Source: Rebecca billardiae RCC1528 (Eukaryota > Protista > Haptophyta). From it: a stretch of 64,000 nt of DNA. Below the pieces are notes generated by a model that was not told the DNA's origin, searched no databases, and was given only the letters and a program-made list of their open reading frames with translations. The stretch's first letter is position 1. Every line of letters starts with the position of its first letter. Location of the stretch: assembly GCA_965240325.2 (NCBI GenBank), contig OZ251236.1, positions 620,001-684,000 on the forward strand. The letters are read 5' to 3'. Shown piece by piece: positions 32,801 to 43,311 of this stretch. A program made the translations under genes and the position numbers.

Positions 32801-35758
32801 GCTCCGTCATCAGCGCGTCGGCCGGCGTGCCCGTGAGCGCGTGCGGCGGCGGCGCGTTGGTCTCCTGCTGCTTGGTCACCACGTCGGCCGACATGCCCGT
32901 GAGCGCGTGCGGTGGCGGCGCGTTGGTCTTCTGCTGCTTGGTCACCACGTCGGCCGACATGCCCGTGAGCGCGCGCGGCGGCGGCGCGTTGGTCGGGTGC
33001 TCCGTCATAAGCGCGTCAGCCGACAAGCCCGTGAGCGCGTGCGGCGGCGGCGCGTTGGTCTCCTGCTGCTTGGTCGCCACGTCGGCCGGCATGCCCGTGA
33101 GCGCGCGCGGCGGCGGCGCGTTGGTCTCCTGCTGCTTGGTCGCCACGTCGGCCGACATGCCCGTGAGCGCGTGCGGCGGCGGCGCGTTGGCCTGGTGCTC
33201 CGTCATCAGCGCGTCGGCCGGCGTGCCCGTGAGCGCGCGCGGCGGCGGCGCGTTGGTCTGGTGCTCCGTCATCAGAGTGTCGGCCGGCATGCCCGTGAGC
33301 GCGCGCGGCGGCGGCGCGTTGGTCTCCTGCTGCTTGGTCGCCACGTCGGCCGGCATGCCCGTGAGCGCGCGCGGCGGCGGCGCGTTGGTCTGGTGCTCCG
33401 TCATCAGCGTGTCGGCCGACATGCCCGTGAGCGCGCGCGGCGGCGGCGCGTTGGTCTTCTGCTGCTTGGTCGCCACGTCGGCCGGCATGCCCGTGAGCGC
33501 GCGCGGCGGCGGCGCGTTGGTCTCCTGCTGCTTGATCGCCACGTCGGCCGGGATGCCCGTGAGCGCGTGCGGCGGCGGCGCGTTGGTCGGGTGCTCCGTC
33601 ATCAGCGTGTCGGCCGACATGCCCGTGAGCGCGCGCGGCGGCGGCGCGTTGGTCTTCTGCTGCTTGGTCGCCACGTCGGCCGGCATGCCCGTGAGCGCGC
33701 GCGGCGGCGGCGCGTTGGTCTCCTGCTGCTTGATCGCCACGTCGGCCGGGATGCCCGTGAGCGCGTGCGGCGGCGGCGCGTTGGTCGGGTGCTCCGTCAT
33801 CAGCGTGTCGGCCGACATGCCCGTGAGCGCGCGCGGCGGCGGCGCGTTGGTCTTCTGCTGCTTGGTCGCCACGTCGGCCGGCATGCCCGTGAGCGCGTGC
33901 GGTGGCGGCGCGTTGGTCTTCTGCTGCTTGGTCGCCACGTCGGCCGGCGTGCCCGTGAGCGCGCGCGGCGGCGGCGCGTTGGTCGGGTGCTCCGTCATCA
34001 GCGCGTCGGCCGGCGTGCCCGTGAGCGCGCGCGGCGGCGGCGCGTTGGTCTGGTGCTCCGTCATCAGAGTGTCGGCCGGCATGCCCGTGAGCGCGCGCGG
34101 CGGCGGCGCGTTGGTCTCCTGCTGCTTGGTCGCCACGTCGGCCGGCATGCCCGTGAGCGCGCGCGGCGGCGGCGCGTTGGTCGGGTGCTCCGTCATCAGC
34201 GTGTCGGCCGACATGCCCGTGAGCGCGCGCGGCGGCGGCGCGTTGGTCTTCTGCTGCTTGGTCGCCACGTCGGCCGGCATGCCCGTGAGCGCGTGCGGCG
34301 GCGGCGCGTTGGTCTCCTGCTGCTTGGTCGCCACGTCGGCCGGCATGCCCGTGAGCGCGTGCGGCGGCGGCGCGTTGGCCTGGTGCTCCGTCATCAGCGC
34401 GTCGGCCGGCGTGCCCGTGAGCGCGTGCGGCGGCGGCGCGTTGGTCTGGTGCTCCGTCGTCAGCGTGTCGGCCGGCGTGCCCGTGAGCGCGCGCGGCGGC
34501 GGCGCGTTGGTCTGGTGCTCCGTCATCAGCGCGTCGGCCGGCGTGCCCGTGAGCGCGTGCGGCGGCGGCGCGTTGGTCTGGTGCTCCGTCATCAGCGTGT
34601 CGGCCGGCGGGCCCGTGAGCGCGTGCGGCGGCGGCGCGTTGGTCTGGTGCTCCGTCATCAGCGTGTCGGCCGGCGTGCCCGTGAGCGCGTGCGGCGGCGG
34701 CGCGTTGGTCTGGTGCTCCGTCATCAGCGTGTCGGCCGGCGGGCCCGTGAGCGCGCGCGGCGGCGACGCGTTGGTCTTCTGCTGCTTGGTCGCCGCGTCG
34801 GCCGGTGGGCCCGTGAGCGCGCGCGGCGGCGGCGCGTTGGTCTTCTGCTGCTTGGTCGCCGCGTCGATCGGCATGGGGAGTGAGGCGCCATCGTGCAGCG
34901 CGGAAGGCGGAGCCGATCCGGCGCTGTCGTCGCCTGGTGCGGTCGGGGCTCCAATTTCCTGGCCTGCGAATCAAATGGCGGGGGAAAAACAGCAGTAGGG
35001 AAAAGCAAAACAAAAAGGGGGATCAAATGCAGCGCGAGATTGCCAGATACCGCCGACGCGCGGCGCGCGCGCGCGCGGCGCCCGCGGGGGCGAGCGCGCG
35101 GCGCGCCCTCGGCTTGCGCGCTGCTTCGCGCCACGCACACGCACCTGCATCAAGCGTGATCGTCAGGCCCTGGGTCTTGATGAAATCGGTGTTGGTCGGC
35201 GCTACCGAGAGCGCGGGCGCGGGCGCGTCGCCGCCATTGCGGCCCTCAGCCGCCACCGCTCGGCCGGCGGCGTTGACGGCGCGTGACGACAGCGTGCGCT
35301 GCGCCGGGGGGCGATCGACGAGGTGCATGGCACGGTCCGCCGAGCCCCAGGCCGCGTGCGTCAGGTCGGCCGGTTCGATGCGCGCGCAAATGCCGCCGCC
35401 GTGCGCAGCGGCATGCGCGAGCACGCTGATGAGCGCGATGCCCGCGACGACGACGATCGAGCTGAGCTTCGCCGCGCGAGCGCCGCTGTCCGGCTTGGCA
35501 TGCGTGGCGCGCGCACGGGGGCGAAAGGCCTGCGCGCACGCGCCGCCGCCGCAGCGCCCACACCCCACGCGCGCACGAAGGCATCGGTGAGGCCAGTCGC
35601 CGCCCGCGCGATCGCACGGCGGCCGCCCGCGCCCGCGTTCGCACAGCGTGGCTGCTGCGCATGACGACTGCCCAGCCGCCCGGAAAGCGTTCGACAATGG
35701 TCGAAGCGGCCGCGGGATCGGTGTGAGGATGCGTAGCACGCACCTTGCAAGTTGTCAT
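23892..35758 (-). CDS. Giant multi-exon receptor/adhesin-like membrane protein (21-aa repeats, 6 LRRs, SPPP stalk, polycystin-like TM region)
   Basis: In-phase GT-AG splicing can be followed from the repeat exon (ends 31621) through six LRR exons to exon 30069-26358 (SPPP plus DGYFRGCTVYLDLDNDG domain), then exons to TM helices and a stop at 23892. The 5' exons (ATG 35758) are less certain, and the repeat part could be a separate gene. Confidence 0.65.
27155..29980 (-). repeat. Coding (Ser-Pro-Pro-Pro)n extensin-like array, about 940 aa
   Basis: 12-bp period read directly; includes a 732-bp internal duplication. Confidence 0.95.
30285..31452 (-). repeat. Tandem exon-intron units: LRR exons (five of 72 nt, one of 84 nt) with four near-identical introns
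   Basis: Exons 31452-31381, 31270-31199, 31056-30985, 30802-30731, 30585-30514 and 30368-30285, all phase 2. Consensus xxxNSLxGSLPSEVGAMxxLxxL (plant-type 24-aa LRR). Confidence 0.9.
31925..34874 (-). repeat. Coding 63-bp tandem repeat, about 47 copies of a 21-aa unit (PADxxxxxxxTNAPPP[R/H]ALTGx)
   Basis: Read directly; two interleaved variants (LMTEHQ/P and VATKQQE/K). Confidence 0.95.
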
Positions 35759-35977
35759 CGAAATTCGTGCGGGCGCTGCGGCGGGGGGGGAGGGGCTTTC
35801 TCGCGCGAGCCGTGGCAAATGAATGACGATGATGATGAGAGATGCGGCACGGGATCTCCGTGATGCTGGTTTTGATGCCCGCACAATGGGAATAATCTCA
35901 AATATCGTCTGTCTGACACGTCAAACCGCCACCTGATCTCATCTCCAGCGAGATACGGCGACCTGCGGACGGATACG

Positions 35978-36220
35978 TACTGCAATCTCGCCTGCCTGAG
36001 CTGTGTGCGTCTCTTATTCTTAGTATTATTTATAAACTGTATCTCCCGTGGATACGCCCATACGGCCCTTATTCAGCAGCAGGCAATGACAGGCAGCATA
36101 GTAGCAAAGGACCATCATTTGATTGGTCCTTTGCATGCAGTGGTGCGCCAATCTGCCCTTACAGTTTATACTATTATTATAAGAATAAGAGACGCACACA
36201 GCTCAGGCAGGCGAACCGTG
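35978..36220. mobile_element. Inverted pair of a ~60-bp dispersed repeat (MITE-like foldback)
   Basis: 35-bp core TCGCCTGCCTGAGCTGTGTGCGTCTCTTATTCTTA at 35988-36022 (+) and 36180-36214 (-), each followed by TAAACTGT. An 11-bp hairpin lies at 36104-36134. Confidence 0.65.
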
Positions 36221-37223
36221 CCCTCTCCAAGGGGAGTCAGGGTACAGCACGTCCAGTTCTGAAAATGCACGTCCCCTGGCTGAAGCTGGCGCAACGCCCC
36301 TGGACCTTCCGCCGTCAGGCCCTCCGCGGAGGCGGAGGGTGCCGTGGTACGGCTTGGCTGCAGCGGCTGGGGAAACTCTTGCTGAGCCCAGCCTGTCCGG
36401 TAGCCAGGCGGTTGACGCCATTGCTCGCGAGAGTATGCTATGAGCGATTGCTGCAGCACGCGACGGTCACGGTGTCAGCCGTGGTCGCTGATCGTCGGTG
36501 TCTCACGCAGTGTCCGCACCGCGGCGGCCTCGCAGGTCAGACTGCGCGGAAGGGGTGCGTGCGTGGCTGGTGCTCATGGCGGGAGGAGCTGTGTTTTGGC
36601 GCACCTTGTCGTGCGTGCGCAGCCAAGCTCGCGTGCCGCTGTGCAGCCTGCTAGTGCTTCCCGAGTTCACCACTCGAGTGCATGCGCGACACGCGGGTCT
36701 CTCCAGCGCTCGACGAGGACGGGCGGGTCGCGTGCGGGATGTAGCGCAGCTGCACACACTCCAATCATCCGCGACCGCCACCACCACCCATGGTCGCCCT
36801 GCTGCCAAGCAGACTGCGCGTGAACACAGCGCGCGCAAGGCAAGCCATGCGCGCGCGCGTGGTGCCAGTGCGAGTGGCGACGAGGAGGAGGGCGAGTTGG
36901 CACCGCACGAGATCACTGGGTGATGGCGGGCTCATCGCGGCCGCCCATCGCACCGTCACTAGCACCGGATGCAGCCCCGTCCACCACTCGAACTAATCGC
37001 GGCGCGCCGCGCAGTGACTCAGCCGCAGTGCGAGGCTGCGTCCCGCGAGGGCACCGTGCCCTCAGAGCCTCACGAGGGCACGTTGCCCTCCCCGTCCGGA
37101 GCTGTACTACTCAGATAGAACATGTGCATCGTCTCTGGTAACTAAATCGCCACCCGAAATTCCTGCGCCCGGTGTCCCTCTCTCTGTCATATTATAACAT
37201 ATCATATTGCGCGCGTATAATGT

Positions 37224-37244
37224 ATGTGTGTGTGTGTGTGTGTG

Positions 37245-37287
<43 letters not shown>

Positions 37288-37300
37288 TGTATATATATAT
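37224..37300. repeat. (GT)n/(TA)n compound microsatellite
   Basis: Read directly. Confidence 0.95.
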
Positions 37301-37469
37301 TTAATAACGACGTGGTATGCAACGGGCAAGCGTCAGGCTCAGAGTGCAGCAGACACATAGAATGCGTCCGCGCCTTCCAACCAGGTCAGGCAGTGCGCCA
37401 CCCGCAGCCCTGCCCCCCTATGGGAGCGGGGCCGGGATGGAGCACCGCCTCGGCCTGGGGCACGCGGCG

Positions 37470-37830
37470 GCGACGGCAGATGCCGCCGCGGCCGAGCGCC
37501 TTCCGGAGCACTTGGATGAGGGTGAGGTCGTAGTCGATGTCGCCGCCCGCCGACCTCCTAGCGGCGAGCAGCTCCGGCAAGCGGCAGCCGCGGCTGTCGC
37601 CCCCGTGCGCCCGCGTGCGCGCCTGGATGAGGATGAGGTCGTAGTACGCGTCGCCGCGCGCCGGCCAAGCGGCGCGCAGCTGCAGAAGAGGCTGAAGAGG
37701 GGCTTGGAGAGTGAGCGCGCCGCCTAGCGCGCTCTGGGCGATGAAGCAGATGAGGTTGTAGTCGATGTCGCAGCCCGGCCCGCCGGCGGGCTGCTGCAGA
37801 TGCAGTGCTTGATGCTGGGGAACCTGGCCC
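37470..37830 (+). pseudogene. Decayed repeat-protein fragment
   Basis: Three copies of [LA]DExxEVVVxVAARxPxGxxL in one frame, interrupted by TAG at about 37725; no start context or recognisable domain. Confidence 0.35.
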
Positions 37831-38665
37831 CTGGGCTCGTCACACCCCGCACCCCCTGCCCCACCTAGGGTGGAGCGAGGGGCACGGTGGAGGCCAGCGC
37901 CAAGGGCCAGATGGGTGCAGCGGCGTCCACCTGCTGCATCGCCCCCCGAGGCGATGCAGCCGGCAGCCGGCTGGAGAAAGAGGGTGCCAGTGCCTATCCC
38001 GGACCCGCTGCGTGTGGTTGATCTCCGCGTGCACGTGCCAGCGCAGAGCAGTCGAATCGAATGTCGCGGGGTCAGCTGGCGACCCGCGCGCTCGGCCCGC
38101 CCGCCGCGAGACACTCCTGGCGGTGCCCCACCGAGTCCCCGGGAAGGGGGAGCCGGCCGAGGGCCCGTCGGCCGCCGAAGCGACCGGCTGAGCCGGGACA
38201 ACCTGAAGGGCGCGTGGGGAAAGGCGGCATGCCTCGTCGCAGGTCCGTGCCCAGTTGCTGTTGGCAATGAACGGTGGCAGAACCCGGCCCCACGCGCACG
38301 CATCCATGGAGGCTCGCAGGCAGGCAGGCCGAGCGCGCTGGCCGCGCTCGTGCCGCCACCCACGCCGCGTCCGGCTGGCCCTGCGAGGGCCAGCGCGTGC
38401 GCACGAAGGGAGGAAGAAGTGGTCGTAGAGGTCGTAGAACTAGTCGTAGTCATGTCGCAGCCAAGCAGGAGTGCCGCGAGGCCGACGAGCGCGCAGCGGG
38501 GATTGCCGAAGATGAGCATGGGGGAGCACCACAGGCATGCGGCCCCCGCCCCACCAGCCCCGTGTGCTTCGCACCCGGGGCCAGCGAGCGGGGCGGGGGC
38601 CGCGTCGGCGGGCACCATCGCGACGTCGCCAAGGCCGACAGTTATTATTATTATTATTATTATTA

Positions 38666-40328
38666 TGGCCCGCGGTGCAGGGCGGAGCGCGCAGCGTGGA
38701 GCCCGCACCAGCGGGCCCGAACAACGTTTCAAAAAGATCTTTGATCAAGAAAAAAGGGACGGGGGACGATTTTCATGGCTGGAGGAGACCGAGTTTCGAA
38801 TTTTGAGACCCTCTCTAACCGATGCATCACGGCCGAAAAAGGTCGCGCCCACGGCAAGTTCATAGTTAAGCGTGGAGTGACGCCCGTCCAAAAAACTTCA
38901 CGCCCTTTAGGATCCCTAACGTAACGAACCGTTACAAGCGATTTTTCCGGCCAATGAGATTGCAGCAAGGTCCAAGGAGCGATGACGTATCTAGATACAG
39001 ATTGCCGCGAACCGATGTGACCATGTACGTCCCTTGAATCAGTTGAATCAACTATTCAATCGCGCCGTGTCTGTATCAGGAGCCGACGAGGCAAGGGTCA
39101 GTAGCCGATGGGCCAACCTCGGCGAATCTCAATACTATCTGACGCGAACGGACTTGGTTGGGCGCGCGCGTGGCCCCGGGCGGCGGCCCACCAGAGGCGG
39201 CCCGCGTTTGGAGGCGAGCCACGGGCACGAGGCTCGAGGACCGACGGGTGAGGACGGCGATGGGCAGGTGCGCGCGGCGAATGGCGCCTGGAGCGCGCGG
39301 CTGCGGCGGGTCCCGACTGCCGTCGACATCGCGTTCGTCGTGCCCCCGCTCACTCCGCGCGCCCCCGCCGCCCCTGCCGCCCTGTCGATGCCTCGGCGCG
39401 GCCTTGCGCGGCCCCGGCGTGTCCGCGAGCCGGCGCCGCAGCCGCCGCCCTGTGTTCGGGCTCTCGCAAGCTCGGGGGCAGCGGCGCCTGATGCCGGACT
39501 GATCGATCTCTGAGCCTTCGACTTCACCACGCGCCGCCCTTGCCATGCCTTTCCGGGGTCTCCCAGAACTCTTCTTGATTGAGAGAGAGCAGGCGCGCCG
39601 ACGATCCGAGTCCATCGTCGGTCGACTCTGAGCGAGGGCTACGCCTCGGAACTGAACGGTACTCTACGAGGAGGACGAGCTGCGCGGGCGACGGTGGTGC
39701 GTGACGTCCCCAGAGCTGGCCGTGCCTCTGCAACGCGTGCCGAGCCTGATCGAGGTGTGTCAGCTGCCCGTGCACGCGCGGCGAGTGCGCGAACCGGATC
39801 ACCGGTGCCCTCGCACCTCGGCACCGTGCTCCCTCGGGCTGTCAGCTCCGCGTGGCCTGGCGTGCACGTAGAGTTGCGCTCATGCGTCGATCACGCCTCG
39901 CGCCCGCCTGTCGGCCGTCGCGCAGGCGCTGGTCGAACCCTACTCGGACCCTACTCCTCCAGCCCTACTCCCGGGCGCTGCCGGCGCGGGGGGTGACCCC
40001 GGGGACAGCGGTCAGCAGCAGCGGCCCGAACGAATCCGCGGCCCCGCACCGTGCTCCCTGGCTGTCAGCTCCGCGTGGCCTGGTGTGCACGTGGAGTCGC
40101 GCTCATGCGTCGATCACGCCTCGTCGCATCCGCCTGTACACAATCGGCGCCGCGCCGGCGGCTGCAATGGGCCCGCCCGGCGCGGCGGGCGGCGGCGCGC
40201 CGCTGATGGAGTCTAGTTGTACGGGCATATGCAACTGGTCTGTCAATAGACGACTGCGACGGAGGGTGCACCGCCACCGCGGGCCCTGAACTACGTTCGT
40301 TCTACGGAAAAAGGACCGCGGAACGCGG

Positions 40329-40331
<3 letters not shown>
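38666..40331 (+). mobile_element. Non-autonomous Helitron2/Helentron-like element, copy 1
   Basis: 5' ATIR GGCCCGCGGTG (38667-38677) folds into a 5' hairpin. 3' subterminal ATIR CACCGCGGGCC (40275-40285). Terminal hairpin GACCGCG-GAA-CGCGGTC (40314-40330). Inserted at A|T in (ATT)n with no TSD. Internal ~90-bp direct repeat at about 39821 and 40046. Confidence 0.75.
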
Positions 40332-40365
<34 letters not shown>

Positions 40366-40843
40366 GTATATATATATACGCACATATTCGTCAGCACGAT
40401 CATCATCATCACTATGAGCCGCACCATGTCTCTTCAATAAGGCACTACTCGCCCGAAGTCCGCGCCAGGCCTGGGCAGCAGAGCCACCGTTCGATCGGCG
40501 GCCGCCGGCGTCGACCGCTGCGCCGCACTCCGCAGGCTCGGACCGGTGAGCCGGCCCGATCCTGATCCGGTGGCGACGCAGACACTGGGCGCGGCTGCTC
40601 TACCGCCGAGCCGCCGACCGAGCGGCCGCGGCCGCGCCCGCGCCCGCCCGGGCGCTGCGCCGGCCACGGGCTCTCGAGACGCGCGCGCGCGGCGCGGGTG
40701 GGTCGCGTCTCCCGGCAGCGCGGCGCCGGCACCATCCTCACTCAAGGCCCGCCGGACGCCGCAGCGGGCCGCCGCCGCCGTCGGGATCCGCCGCCGCGTT
40801 GCGCACGTCGATCCACGCGGGCGCGCACGGCAGAGTCCGCCGC

Positions 40844-42121
40844 TCACGCGCTCGCGGACGCCCGCGCCGCCGCCGCCGCCGCCGCCGGCGCGGCGGCCGC
40901 CTCGCTCGCGCCCGGCGCGTCCGGCAGCGCCTCGAGCTCGGCGACGACCGCCGCGCGCCGCTTGCGCAGCCATGTGACGTACTCGTCGGACGCGCGGCCC
41001 CACGCGTCGGCGTCGGCGAGCGCGCCCGGGACGGTCGGGTCGCACGCGCCGGCGCCGGAGCCGCGCACCGCCGCCGGCACCGGCGGCGGCCGCGCGCTCT
41101 CGCCGTCCACCACCTTCACGCAGAACGTGAGTCCGAACGAGAGGGGCACCAGGAGAGTCGCGTACCGACCGTCACGCGCGACGGCCGCGTTGAGCGCGCG
41201 CGCGTGCGGGTGGTCGCCGAAGTTGAGGTTGCGGTCCTCGGCCCACAGCGTGTCGTGCAGGATGAGCAGCCCGCCCGGCCGCAGCAGCTCGTACGCGCCG
41301 TCGAAGTACGCCGGGAACCCCGCCGCGTCCGCGTCGACGAAGACCAGGTCGAACGCGCCCAGCTCGCCGCGTGCGCGCACCTCGCTGAGGCACTTCTCCG
41401 CCGTGGTCTCGAGCAGCTCGATCTCGGCGGGCGGCGCGGCGGCGTCGAAGTTGGCGCGCGCCATCGCGGCGTACCGCGGCTCGGGCTCGCAGCACGTCAC
41501 CTTGCCGCCCTCGGGCATCCCCAGCGCGCACGAGAGCGCCGAGTAGCCGGTGAACGCGCCGAGGTCGAGCGTGCGGCGCGCGCCCATCGCGTAGCACAGG
41601 GTGGTGAGGAGGCGGCCGACCTCCTCGGGGACGCCCGAGGTGGCCTCGGACATGGGGAGCGCGCGCACGTCGCCCTGCCGCAGCGTCTTGAGCACGGCCG
41701 GCTCCGGCGACGAGAGCTCGAGCGCGAGGTCGGCGAGCGTGAGCGTGCGCATCATCGCGCCGACCAGCGGCACTTTCTTGAAGACGCCCGCCATGGCGTC
41801 GGCCGAGGCGTAGGTGGGCGGGCTCGCGGGCGGGGCGGCGGAGGTGACGGGCGCGATCACCTGCTTGTGCAGCTCGACCAGGTCCTTTGGCTGCGGCGTG
41901 AACGCGTTGGGCGTGCCCGGTCGCCACGCGTCGCCAATCTCCCACGCGTCGATGGCTTTCTGCCGCTCGCTCTTGCCGAGCCGCACGATGAAGTTGTCGG
42001 ACATGGCGCTCACCCTCGATTGCAAGGCCGCCTGCCAGCGCGCCGCGCGCACCGCGCGGCTCGCGCTCGCGCCGCCCGCCAGCGCGAGGAGCGCGAACGC
42101 CGCTCGGGTCGGCCAGCTCAT
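40844..42121 (-). CDS. Class I SAM-dependent O-methyltransferase (CCoAOMT/COMTD1-like) with N-terminal targeting peptide
   Basis: TLDLGAFTGYSAL, GGKVTCCE, FDLVFVDAD, LLRPGGLLILHDTLW; hydrophobic N-terminus MSWPTRAAFALLALAGGASA. Confidence 0.88.
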   Translation of the reverse strand: MSWPTRAAFALLALAGGASASRAVRAARWQAALQSRVSAMSDNFIVRLGKSERQKAIDAWEIGDAWRPGTPNAFTPQPKDLVELHKQVIAPVTSAAPPASPPTYASADAMAGVFKKVPLVGAMMRTLTLADLALELSSPEPAVLKTLRQGDVRALPMSEATSGVPEEVGRLLTTLCYAMGARRTLDLGAFTGYSALSCALGMPEGGKVTCCEPEPRYAAMARANFDAAAPPAEIELLETTAEKCLSEVRARGELGAFDLVFVDADAAGFPAYFDGAYELLRPGGLLILHDTLWAEDRNLNFGDHPHARALNAAVARDGRYATLLVPLSFGLTFCVKVVDGESARPPPVPAAVRGSGAGACDPTVPGALADADAWGRASDEYVTWLRKRRAAVVAELEALPDAPGASEAAAAPAAAAAAARASASA

Positions 42122-42336
42122 CTCGATCGTGTGGGCGGTGCCACGATGCCCGCCGACGATTTCTGATCATCGTCGTCAGATTTTCAATTTCTACCGGGAC
42201 TTCTGCTCACTTCTTGATTATCGCCGCCGCCGCCGGCCGCCCGCCATCGTGCTGGGTCGCGCGCGAGTTCACGACTCGCGCAGTGGAGGCGGGACCAGCA
42301 GGCTGCTGCGTCGGGCGTGAGAGCACGACTGCGGCG

Positions 42337-43028
42337 ATGGCGGAAGCGGAGGTGGCGGAGCTGCGGGCGCAGCTGGCGGACACGAAGGCGAAGCTGGAGG
42401 AGGTGAAGGCGCAGAAGGGCTCGGTCGCCATGCTGCAGAACGACGTGAAGGCGAAGGCGGCCGAGATCGAGCGACTGAAGGAGCAGGTGAGCAAGGAGCG
42501 CGCGACGAGCCGCGCCAACCTGCAGAAGGTGATGCGCATCACGAGCGAGAAGAAGGTCGCGGAGGAGGCGCTCGCCAAGGCACAGGCGCAGGGCGCACCG
42601 CAGGCGCCAGCCGTCGATCCGCAGGCCCTCGCCGGTGCGCGCGCGCCCGCCGGCCGCCGCTCGGCGCGCGCACGCGCCGCGCCGCGCGAGCGCGGCACTC
42701 CCCTCCGCACGCGCCCTCCGCCCGCCGCGGCTGAGCGAGCGGTCGCGCGCGGTGCGTTCGGTCGGTCGGCCCATGTCGCGCGCGCGCAGAGCTGGACACC
42801 GTGCGCGCGCAGCTGCACGCGGCGCAGGGCGCCGCGCAGCGCGCGCAGGCGGAGGCGGAACAGCTGCGAGCCGCGGCGGCCGGCGCGGGCGCGGCCGGCG
42901 ACTCGGCGCAGCTGCGGCAGGCGCTGGACGGCGCGAGGGCGGAGAACGAGACGCTCCGCGGTCGCTGCGAGGAGCTCTCCGAGGAGGTCACCTACCTGCG
43001 CGACGAGCTCGCCGAGCTCAAGGCGGCG

Positions 43029-43059
<31 letters not shown>

Positions 43060-43278
43060 GCGGCGGCTCGGCCGCGGCTGAGCAGGAGGCGCTGCGGTGG
43101 CGGGAGGAGGCGGAGCTGCTGCGCGCGCAGCTCAACTCGATGCGCGACGCGCCCGTCTCGTCCGGCGCGGCGGCCGCCGACGTCGGCGGCTCGGACGACG
43201 ACGACGACGACGACGACGACGGCGGCATGGTCAGTGAGGCAGTGGCCTCTGGCACGCAGCCACTCGCTGCGGGCGGCA

Positions 43279-43311
<33 letters not shown>

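Noticed and set aside
31891-35013. 1035-aa and 958-aa plus-strand ORFs and the 665-aa minus-strand ORF over the 63-bp repeat
   Set aside because: Stop-free by-products of a GC-rich tandem repeat; the 31245-34874 frame is the one continuous with flanking exons.
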